Assembly (NCBI GenBank): GCA_900321595.1
Contig: ONWP01000017.1
Coordinates: forward strand, 1 to 25,341
DNA: 25,341 nt
Direction: 5' to 3'
Source: an uncultured Eubacteriales bacterium
GTDB taxonomy: Bacteria > Bacillota > Clostridia > Oscillospirales > Acutalibacteraceae
Positions 9,197-16,341 of this stretch are shown here, one piece after another. The position numbers and the translations under genes are program-made. The notes beneath the pieces are model-generated. The model was not told the DNA's origin and did not search any database. It saw nothing but the letters and a program-made list of their open reading frames with translations. How positions within the stretch are numbered: the stretch's first letter is position 1; each line of letters opens with the position of its first letter.

Positions 9197-10546
9197 TTAT
9201 CGCATTTTCCCGACGCGGTGCCAGAGCACGTCAGCCTTGAGCACCCAGGCGTAGTAGCCCGCGGTCGTCGGGGGAAAGTCCAGATAGTGCGCTTTGATCT
9301 CCAGCGCGTTTTTGAGCGCCCGGGCGGCGGCCTTCAGCGTATCGCGCGAGAGCCGTCCTGTCGCGATCCCCTTCAGGAACGCCGTCAGGACCGGCATGAC
9401 CATCGCCGGGGTGAGCTTTGGCTCCGCTCCGGCGGAGACGGCGTCCATCAGGCCGTCCGTGATCGCGCCGCTCGCGAAGACGTATTTGAATTCGTCAAAG
9501 GTCGCCGCGTTGATCACGCCGGTGAGCAGCGCCCGCAGAAAGGCGAAATCAGCGCCCTGCGCGTCGTTGTATCGCTTGTTGACGTTCCAGAGCAGTTCCT
9601 TCGACGCGTCGCCGAGCGTCAGCGCCCGGTCGAGCGCGTCAGCGGCGATTCGGATCTGCGTCATGGCGGAGGTGACGCCCTCGCCGCTCTCGGATTTCGT
9701 CAGGCAGGCGGCGTCGCCGCAGGCGATGAACCGGTCCGCGACCAGCGTGTAGGGCGGCCGCCGGTAGGGTGTGGCGCCGCGCTCAACGCGCTCGACCGTA
9801 TGCGTCGGCAGATCGATGTGACGGCACATGTCCTCGTAGATCTCGTCGCAGTGTTCGAAGCTCGTCACCGCGCCCACGCCGATGATCGCGCCCTTCGGAT
9901 CGGCGCAGGGGGCGATCCAGCTCTTGTAGTACGCCCAGAAGGTGGAGCCGTCCAGATAATCCTTCTCGTCGAGGAGCTTCACGTAGCGCAGCGTCACGTA
10001 GAACATATCGTCGCCGCCCAGCGGGAACGTCTCCATACCGTAGGTCGGGGGCAGCTGCGTCCTGCCGACGGCCGGGATGCCGGAGCAGTCGACGACGCAC
10101 CGGGCGTTCAGGCTCGTGCGCCGGCCGCGCCTTTTATAGCGCAGACCGCTGATCTTCCCGTCCTCAAAGAGGAAGCTGTCAAAGCTCGCGTCGAAGACGA
10201 ATTTCGCGCCGGCCTTTTCAGCCGCTTCGACGAGTAAAAGCGTGTATTCGCGCAGATGCAGTCCCACGGTCGGGTTCATCGCCGTCACGGGGCTGCGGTT
10301 TTCTGGATCCGCGTTGCGGTTCTTCGCGAACTCGAACGCCCACGCCGGGTCGCCCTCGACGGGGCGGGGGATCTCGAAGCGCGCGAAATCCCGCTCCGCG
10401 ATGTGGAAAATGTCGTATTTCGTGCCGATCTTGTCGCGGGGCAGCGCGTCGATCACCGTGACGGCGTACCCCCTGCGCGCCATCTCCCGGGCGAAATACG
10501 CTCCGCTCGTGCCGCCGCCGATGATCGCAACGTCGCAGACAGCCAA
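9197..10546 (-). CDS. FAD-dependent oxidoreductase, geranylgeranyl reductase/FixC-like
   Basis: Rossmann motif DVAIIGGGTSG, VVDCSG and IACGDAACLTKSESGEGVTSAM are present. The start is placed at TTG 10546 (RBS GGGAGG; alternative ATG 10564) because a consensus promoter lies at 10578-10606. The provided start at 10783 runs through that promoter. Confidence 0.8.
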   Translation of the reverse strand: MAVCDVAIIGGGTSGAYFAREMARRGYAVTVIDALPRDKIGTKYDIFHIAERDFARFEIPRPVEGDPAWAFEFAKNRNADPENRSPVTAMNPTVGLHLREYTLLLVEAAEKAGAKFVFDASFDSFLFEDGKISGLRYKRRGRRTSLNARCVVDCSGIPAVGRTQLPPTYGMETFPLGGDDMFYVTLRYVKLLDEKDYLDGSTFWAYYKSWIAPCADPKGAIIGVGAVTSFEHCDEIYEDMCRHIDLPTHTVERVERGATPYRRPPYTLVADRFIACGDAACLTKSESGEGVTSAMTQIRIAADALDRALTLGDASKELLWNVNKRYNDAQGADFAFLRALLTGVINAATFDEFKYVFASGAITDGLMDAVSAGAEPKLTPAMVMPVLTAFLKGIATGRLSRDTLKAAARALKNALEIKAHYLDFPPTTAGYYAWVLKADVLWHRVGKMR

Positions 10547-10577
10547 GGGAACCCCTCCCTTCATAATTCTGCTTTCA

Positions 10578-10606
10578 ATTATATGCGGAAGACGCAAAAG
10601 TGTCAA
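10578..10606 (-). promoter_or_regulatory. Consensus SigA promoter for the flavoprotein-GH pair
   Basis: Reverse complement reads TTGACA (10606-10601), 17-bp spacer, TATAAT (10583-10578). Confidence 0.85.
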
Positions 10607-10710
10607 CGAATTACGGGACAAAAAATGTAAATATTGTGTAAAATCGTCCCGCGTCAGGAGGAACCGTTCTGAATTGTGGTGTTCGTATTGCGAATACGGA
10701 AAGTTTTGTA

Positions 10711-10755
10711 AATATTCTGATACGAAATAAAAAAGTATGAAAATTGTGATAAAAT
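10711..10755 (+). promoter_or_regulatory. Extended -10 promoter with a conserved upstream 24-bp motif, for hydrolase 1
   Basis: TG-a-TAAAAT with the -10 at 10750-10755 and no -35 consensus. AATATTCTGATACGAAATAAAAAA at 10711-10734 recurs upstream of the paralog. Confidence 0.6.
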
Positions 10756-10806
10756 GACAATATAACATTATGGTCGGTTTCATCCGGTGAAACGGGAGGT
10801 CTTTTT

Positions 10807-12393
10807 GTGAGTCATATAAAAAAGGCGATCGGCGTCCTGCTGACGATGGCGCTGCTGATCCTGCCGCTGGGCGCCGCGTTCCCGGCGCAGGCCGCGTCAG
10901 ACGCGCCGATCCTGCGCATCCGCGGGGAGAATACGCTGTTCTGGGCTTCGCCCGAAGGCGTCGCGACGCCGCTGTATGACGACGGGGAATACGTCTCCGC
11001 CGTCGCGAAGGCCGCGCTGCCGCTGGCGATCCCGGCGCTGATCACCGGCAACTGGGACAAGTGGAGCGACGCCGCCTGGGAGCAGCTCAAGCCCGCCTAC
11101 GATCACTATAAGCCCGACGCCGAGGGCAACGTCCCGGCGGACACGTGGATCAATTTCAGCGAGCTCAACAGCGTGCCTTACCGGATGTCCTGTGACACCG
11201 TGGAGTTTTCGTATGAATTCTTCCCGGATATGCGCGTTTCGCCGATGGACGCGGCGGACGAGATCCACGAGACGGTCGAGCGCATCAAGGCGCTGCACGG
11301 CGCAGACAAGATCACGCTGATCGGCCAGTGCATGGGCAACGCCTATATGCTCGCCTACCTGAACAAGTACGAGGCTCCGCGCGGCTACGCGGGGATCGAG
11401 GCGGTCGTCTATTCCACCACCACCGCCAACGGTCTGCCCGACGAGGATCGGCTGTTCAGCGGTACGATCCGGTTGGAGCTGGCATCGGCTTACCGCGCGC
11501 TGGGCAACTACGAGCTGCCGGCGGAGCTTGCCGGCATGGCGGGCGGCATGCTGCTCGACCTCATTTACGATACGCTCGATCTGGCCTATCAGGCGAAGGG
11601 GCTCGGCAAGCTGACGGTCGGCGTCGTGCAGAACGTCTACGACAAGGTCAAGGTCCCGTTCATCGCGCGCGTCCTGCGCGAGTACTACGGCCGCTGCGGC
11701 GGATACGTCAGCTCCGTGACTGAGCACTACGAGGAATATAAGGACTACGTCTTCCCGACGGAGCAGGACCGGCAGACCTACGAGACGCAGATCGCGAAAT
11801 TTGACGACTATTACTACAACGTCCAGCAGCGCCAGCCGGAGATGATCCGCGACATGCAGGCCGCCGGCGTCACCGTCGCCTCCATCGCCGAGTACGGCGT
11901 GCAGAACGGCTATCCCACCGGCGGCGAGGCCGCGCTGGAGACCAGCGACGGGCGCGTGCCCGTGAGTCGAAGCTCCTTCGGCGCGACGGGCTGCCGCATC
12001 GGGCAGACGCTGCCGGAGGACTACGTCGCCTCGCGCGTTTCCTACGGCTTTGCGGATTATATCTCGCCGGACGGGCAGGTCGACGCGAGCACCGGGCTGC
12101 TGCCGGAAACGACCTGGTACATCAAAAACGCGCCGCACGCCTTCGACAGGCCGGTGATGGCGCTGGCCACGGCGATCGTCAAAACGCCCGGCGCGACGGT
12201 CGAGCGGCTGCGCGAACAGGGCTGGGCGCGCTTCCTGTGGTACACCGACGGGGACACGCCGCTGCGGCCGCTCACGGCGGAGGACACCGACGCGGCGCAG
12301 GTCGTGACGCCGAAGACGCCCAACGCGTTCCGGGCGTTCTTCCGCTGGATCAAAACGCTGTTCCGGCTTATCGGACAGTTGCTCAAGCGCTGA
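10807..12393 (+). CDS. Secreted LCAT/lipase-like alpha/beta hydrolase, Cys nucleophile (paralog 1)
   Basis: GTG start with RBS GGGAGG and a Sec signal peptide ending PAQA. Elbow ITLIGQCMGN (11323-11337), SDGRVP and NAPH are present, plus an amphipathic C-terminal tail. Confidence 0.75.
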   Translation: MSHIKKAIGVLLTMALLILPLGAAFPAQAASDAPILRIRGENTLFWASPEGVATPLYDDGEYVSAVAKAALPLAIPALITGNWDKWSDAAWEQLKPAYDHYKPDAEGNVPADTWINFSELNSVPYRMSCDTVEFSYEFFPDMRVSPMDAADEIHETVERIKALHGADKITLIGQCMGNAYMLAYLNKYEAPRGYAGIEAVVYSTTTANGLPDEDRLFSGTIRLELASAYRALGNYELPAELAGMAGGMLLDLIYDTLDLAYQAKGLGKLTVGVVQNVYDKVKVPFIARVLREYYGRCGGYVSSVTEHYEEYKDYVFPTEQDRQTYETQIAKFDDYYYNVQQRQPEMIRDMQAAGVTVASIAEYGVQNGYPTGGEAALETSDGRVPVSRSSFGATGCRIGQTLPEDYVASRVSYGFADYISPDGQVDASTGLLPETTWYIKNAPHAFDRPVMALATAIVKTPGATVERLREQGWARFLWYTDGDTPLRPLTAEDTDAAQVVTPKTPNAFRAFFRWIKTLFRLIGQLLKR

Positions 12394-12410
12394 AACGGAG
12401 CATACAATAC

Positions 12411-12436
12411 GGGGCTGTCTCAAACGAGGCAGCCTC
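12411..12436 (+). terminator. Palindromic hairpin after hydrolase 1 (terminator or REP-like)
   Basis: GGGGCTGTCTC-AAAC-GAGGCAGCCTC followed by ATTTT. Confidence 0.55.
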
Positions 12437-12618
12437 ATTTTCGCGGGGCCGACGCTGTGCGGCAGATCTGTCCGCGGCGCGAATGAAAGCTCGAAGCGCA
12501 CGGGCTTTTGCTTTTTTTCATTCGGCGAGCCGTGTTCGGGGTGCTTTTTGTGCTTTTCGACGGGTGACGAATACTTGATGTTTATTTCTTTCAAACATAT
12601 ATTAAACTTATTGTACTG

Positions 12619-12648
12619 TTGACATTGTTTGCGTTTTTTTGTTAAATA
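12619..12648 (+). promoter_or_regulatory. Probable promoter upstream of the small ORF
   Basis: TTGACA at 12619-12624 followed by an imperfect -10 region (TGTTAAATA, 12640-12648) in AT-rich DNA. Confidence 0.5.
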
Positions 12649-12656
12649 ACAATTAA

Positions 12657-12929
12657 GTGGTGAACAAGTCCCTGCGGGAGGGGCGGCTGGTGCGGCTCGA
12701 GGATCCGGACGACGTCGTCCCGAAGCTGAGCATGGCGATGTTCACGGCAAGAGCCGACTATACCGGCGCGACCAAGCGCACCGCCGGCTACGGCGTTGAC
12801 AAGAGCGGCGCGCACAACATCAGCTACAAGCGGACCGATGTGTGGGGCGCCTTTGACGCGCTGGGGACCGAAAACGGCGGCGCGGTACTGCGTCTGAACC
12901 TCGCCTCGCTCGTCACGCTCGATATCTGA
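12657..12929 (+). CDS. Small hypothetical protein (90 aa from GTG 12657 or 79 aa from GTG 12690), possibly a gene remnant
   Basis: High-GC3 codon usage contrasts with the AT-rich flanks. GGGAGG at 12676-12681 lies 8 nt before the in-frame GTG at 12690. A clean terminator follows the stop. Confidence 0.55.
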   Translation: MVNKSLREGRLVRLEDPDDVVPKLSMAMFTARADYTGATKRTAGYGVDKSGAHNISYKRTDVWGAFDALGTENGGAVLRLNLASLVTLDI

Positions 12930-12933
12930 AAAT

Positions 12934-12960
12934 AAGCGGCTTCGGCCGCTTTTTCTTTTT
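12934..12960 (+). terminator. Rho-independent terminator with a UUCG tetraloop
   Basis: AAGCGGC-TTCG-GCCGCTT followed by T-rich sequence. Confidence 0.9.
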
Positions 12961-12975
12961 TGAATAATCGCATTT

Positions 12976-13020
12976 AATATTCTGATATAAAATAAAAAAC
13001 TGTGATAACCATGCTATAAT
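12976..13020 (+). promoter_or_regulatory. Extended -10 promoter with the conserved upstream 24-bp motif, for hydrolase 2
   Basis: TG-c-TATAAT with the -10 at 13015-13020 and no -35 consensus. AATATTCTGATATAAAATAAAAAA lies at 12976-12999. Confidence 0.7.
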
Positions 13021-13104
13021 CCTATTGAGAACGATCTGTACCCCGCGTATTTCTTTACCGGATCACGGATCGTTTTTGAGCCTTGCGCGAAAGGGAATGG
13101 GATT

Positions 13105-14694
13105 ATGAGGAAAATTACAAAGATCACGGCCTTCTGTCTCGCGTTCGTCCTGTTTGTCCTGACCTTCGGCGCGGCGTTCGCCGCGGGAGAGCGGGCGCAG
13201 AATATCCCGGTGCTGCGGATCCACGGCGACAGCGATATCTATTTCATCGGCGACGACGGCGAGCGGCATACGCTGTACGACGACGGCGAATACGTATCCG
13301 CCATCGTGAAGGCCGCGCTGCCCTACGCGTTCCCGGCGCTGGTCACCGGCAATTGGGAAAAGTGGAGCGAAAAGGCCTGGGAGCAGCTGCAGCCGGCTTA
13401 TACGCACATCAAACCCGACGCCGAAGGAAACGTCCCGCCGGAGTCCTGGTCGGAGGACAAGATCCCGGCGGAGGAATACGCGTTCCGCGACACGCGCGGG
13501 GTTGACGAGGCGTACGAGCTGTTCCCGGATATGCGGATCTCCCCGATGGACGAGGCGGATTACATCCGCGACGTGATCGAACGGATCAAGGCCGTCACGG
13601 GACACGACAAAATCATCCTGATCGGACAGTGCCTCGGCAACGCGTACATGCTCGCCTATCTGGAAAAGTACGAGGCGCCCCGGAACTACGCCGGGATCGA
13701 ATCGGTCCTGATCTCGACGACCTCCGCGAACGGGCTCGACCGGGAGGACCGGCTCTTCTCCGGCAATATCGAGTTCGAGCTGGAATCGACTTACCGGACG
13801 ATGCATAAATTCGGGTATCCGGGCGCCCTTTACGACATCGCCGACGGCGTGCTGATCGATCTCATCTACGATACGCTCGACGTCGTTTACAGGAGTCATT
13901 TCGGCAAAAAAGTGACCATGGCTGTCGTCAACGACGTTTACAACAAGGTCAAGGGGCCGTTCATCTCAAAGATCCTGCGGGAGCATTACGGCCGCTGCGG
14001 CGGATTCGTCGCGCAGGTGCTCGACCATTATGAGGACTACCGGGATTACGTGTTCCCGACCGACGCGGACAAGGAGACCTACGCCGTCCAGCTCGCGAAA
14101 TTCGACGACTATTATTACAACGTCGGTTCGCGCCAGACGGAGATCATCGGCGCGCTGCAGGACGCCGGCGTGCATGTATCCTGCCTCGTTGAATACGGCT
14201 TCCAGTCGAAGTATCCCACGGCGGGCACCGCCGCGCTGGAGACGACCGACGGACGCGTGCCTGTCAGCCGCGGCTCCTTCGGCGCAGTCGGCAGGAACAT
14301 CGGCGATCCGTTCCCGGAGGAATACGTCGCCGCGCGCGCTGCCGAGGGCACGGACGGTTACATCTCTCCGGACCGCATGGTGGACGCGCTGCCCGGTCTG
14401 CTGCCGGAATCGACCTGGTACATCAAGAACGCGGATCACCGGTTCGACAGCGCCGTCATGACGCTCGCCACCGCGATCGTCCGGACGCCGGATGCCACCG
14501 TGGACAAGCTGGAGGCACAGGGCTTCACCCGTTTTATGAACTACACGGGCGCGGCCGCGCCGCTGACGCCGTTGCAGGCGGTCGAAGCCAACGACGAGGC
14601 GCCCATCGTGCCGCAGTCAAAGACCTCGATCGGCGCGTTCTTCCGCTGGCTGCGCACATTCTTCCGTCTGATCGGCGCGCTGATCCGCAAATAA
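13105..14694 (+). CDS. Secreted LCAT/lipase-like alpha/beta hydrolase, Cys nucleophile (paralog 2)
   Basis: Signal peptide ending AAFA. Elbow IILIGQCLGN (13624-13638), TDGRVP and NADH are present. It shares long blocks with paralog 1 (LYDDGEYVSA, ALVTGNWEKWS, FPDMRISPMD, YGRCGG, KFDDYYYNV, LLPESTWYIKNA). Confidence 0.75.
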   Translation: MRKITKITAFCLAFVLFVLTFGAAFAAGERAQNIPVLRIHGDSDIYFIGDDGERHTLYDDGEYVSAIVKAALPYAFPALVTGNWEKWSEKAWEQLQPAYTHIKPDAEGNVPPESWSEDKIPAEEYAFRDTRGVDEAYELFPDMRISPMDEADYIRDVIERIKAVTGHDKIILIGQCLGNAYMLAYLEKYEAPRNYAGIESVLISTTSANGLDREDRLFSGNIEFELESTYRTMHKFGYPGALYDIADGVLIDLIYDTLDVVYRSHFGKKVTMAVVNDVYNKVKGPFISKILREHYGRCGGFVAQVLDHYEDYRDYVFPTDADKETYAVQLAKFDDYYYNVGSRQTEIIGALQDAGVHVSCLVEYGFQSKYPTAGTAALETTDGRVPVSRGSFGAVGRNIGDPFPEEYVAARAAEGTDGYISPDRMVDALPGLLPESTWYIKNADHRFDSAVMTLATAIVRTPDATVDKLEAQGFTRFMNYTGAAAPLTPLQAVEANDEAPIVPQSKTSIGAFFRWLRTFFRLIGALIRK

Positions 14695-14705
14695 ACCGAA
14701 TACCG

Positions 14706-14738
14706 GCGGCTCGGACACGCTCCGGGCCGCTGTTCTTT
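14706..14738 (+). terminator. Probable terminator after hydrolase 2
   Basis: GCGGCTCGGA-CACGC-TCCGGGCCGC followed by TGTTCTTT. Confidence 0.6.
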
Positions 14739-14741
14739 GAC

Positions 14742-14770
14742 TTGAAGTTTGCTTTTCTTTGTGATAGAAT
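14742..14770 (+). promoter_or_regulatory. SigA promoter for the PHP gene (and perhaps the two downstream genes)
   Basis: TTGAAG at 14742-14747, 17-bp spacer, then TG-a-TAGAAT at 14765-14770. Confidence 0.7.
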
Positions 14771-14801
14771 CGAGACAGAACGCTTCCGGGGAGGGACCGA
14801 C

Positions 14802-16301
14802 ATGAAAAATACCGCGAAAAAACTCCTGAGTCTGCTGCTTTGCGCCTGTCTGCTGACGGGCTGTCTGACCGCCGTCGCGTGGGCGGACGACATCGAGATC
14901 ACGAGCGCCTATGATGACGTGGACTGGAGCGCCGTCCGGCAGTACAAAACCGCGCTGCACACCCACACCAACGCCACCGACGGCGATCACACGCTGCGTC
15001 AGAGCCTGCAGCGGCACGTGGAGACCGGCTTTGACATCGTGGCGATCACCGACCACGGCACTGTGGACCGCGGCTGGAAAGCCGGCGACCGGAATTTCAT
15101 CGGCAAGGCGCTCAAGCTCGTCGGCCGAAGCGAGGACGCGCTGGACTATCCGGGTGAAAGCGGCGTATTCGAGAACGGCGACGCCTACCGGCTGGAGACG
15201 CGCGGCGCGGACGATTATCTGGTGCTCGAGGACGGCCGTGAGATCCTGCGGGTGCCCTACGGCATCGAGAACAACGCCGTCTCTGTCAACGCGCACGTCA
15301 ACAGCTGGTTCGTGGAATACGAGAACAACTCCGTCTGCGATTATGAGGAGACGATGCGCGGCGTGGACAAAGCCGGCGGCCTGTGCGTCATCAACCACCC
15401 CGGCGAGTACACGCAGGCGCGCTATGAGCTTTACGGCGACGACGCGTACAACGAGGCGAACCCCGCGTACCGCTATTATATCGACAAATACTATTACCTG
15501 ATCGATCATTACGACGCCTGCATCGGCATCGACGTCAATTCCAAGGGCGACGACCGCACCCGCTACGACCGCAAGCTGTGGGACGTCCTGCTGACCAGAG
15601 CCGCGGCGAACGGCCGCAGCGTCACCGCCATCGCATCCAGCGACGCGCACCAGCTCGACAAGATCGACACCGGCTCCGTCGTGGTGCTGGCCGCCGAAAA
15701 GACGAGCGCGGCGCTGCGCGACGCGATCGAAAAGGGCCGCCTGCTGCCCCAGAGCACCTGTGTGGGCAGCTATGAGGATCTGGCGGCGTACGCGGAGGCC
15801 ATCTTCAGTCTTTACGGGCAGACCGCGCTGTACGACGAGCTCAGCGCCATCCTGGACGCGTATGACGCGGAGCGCGACGCGCTCGCGCGCACGGCGAAAA
15901 AGTCCAACGTGGGCGTGAAATACAAGGCGATCGACGACGCGGGATACTTCGCCCGCGAGACCCGTCCCGCCGTGACGAATATCGCCGTGGACGACGCGGC
16001 GAACACGATCCGCGTGGACGCGCAGAACGCGCTTCTTGTGCGCTGGATCTCCGGCGGCGAGCAGATCGCCGTGACGAAGCCCGGCGAGGCGATCGATCTG
16101 GACGAGGTCGACGGTCTGGGCGACTATGTGCGCGCCGAGATCTTCGGCGAGGGCGGCGTCATCTACACGGAGGCGTTCCTGATCAACGCCGCGGAAAAGA
16201 CCTATACGCCCGCCCGGTTCTTCAATATCGGCGCGATCGATTTCCTCTTCGCCGCGCTGGACCGGTTCTTCCGCTCCATCCTGCGCGTGTTCGGCTCCTG
16301 A
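14802..16301 (+). CDS. Secreted PHP-domain metallophosphoesterase (CehA/McbA-like)
   Basis: ATG 14802 with RBS GGGGAGGG and a signal peptide ending AVAWA. PHP motifs ALHTHT...DG, AITDHG, HVN, INHP and SSDAH are present, plus an amphipathic C-terminal tail. Confidence 0.8.
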   Translation: MKNTAKKLLSLLLCACLLTGCLTAVAWADDIEITSAYDDVDWSAVRQYKTALHTHTNATDGDHTLRQSLQRHVETGFDIVAITDHGTVDRGWKAGDRNFIGKALKLVGRSEDALDYPGESGVFENGDAYRLETRGADDYLVLEDGREILRVPYGIENNAVSVNAHVNSWFVEYENNSVCDYEETMRGVDKAGGLCVINHPGEYTQARYELYGDDAYNEANPAYRYYIDKYYYLIDHYDACIGIDVNSKGDDRTRYDRKLWDVLLTRAAANGRSVTAIASSDAHQLDKIDTGSVVVLAAEKTSAALRDAIEKGRLLPQSTCVGSYEDLAAYAEAIFSLYGQTALYDELSAILDAYDAERDALARTAKKSNVGVKYKAIDDAGYFARETRPAVTNIAVDDAANTIRVDAQNALLVRWISGGEQIAVTKPGEAIDLDEVDGLGDYVRAEIFGEGGVIYTEAFLINAAEKTYTPARFFNIGAIDFLFAALDRFFRSILRVFGS

Positions 16302-16341
16302 TTCATAGCGCTTTCATATTTGACGATCCGGGGAGGTGACA

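Noticed and set aside
7916-10237. 773-aa plus-strand ORF
   Set aside because: It is the antisense shadow of the GH and flavoprotein genes, which have motifs, RBSs and a promoter.
10682-10700. Palindrome TTCGTATT-GCG-AATACGGAA as an operator shared with AATACG...CGTATT at 22754-22779
   Set aside because: The half-site order and spacing differ, and a 6-bp match in AT-rich DNA can easily arise by chance.
10547-10783. N-terminal extension of the flavoprotein given in the ORF track
   Set aside because: It crosses AT-rich intergenic DNA containing a perfect TTGACA-17-TATAAT promoter, so the real start is downstream (10546 or 10564).
10897-12594. 565-aa minus-strand ORF, and similar shadows at 1908-2852, 13063-13899, 14541-15650, 16303-17475 and 23962-25029
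   Set aside because: Each lies antisense to a motif-bearing gene and has no recognisable domain or RBS.
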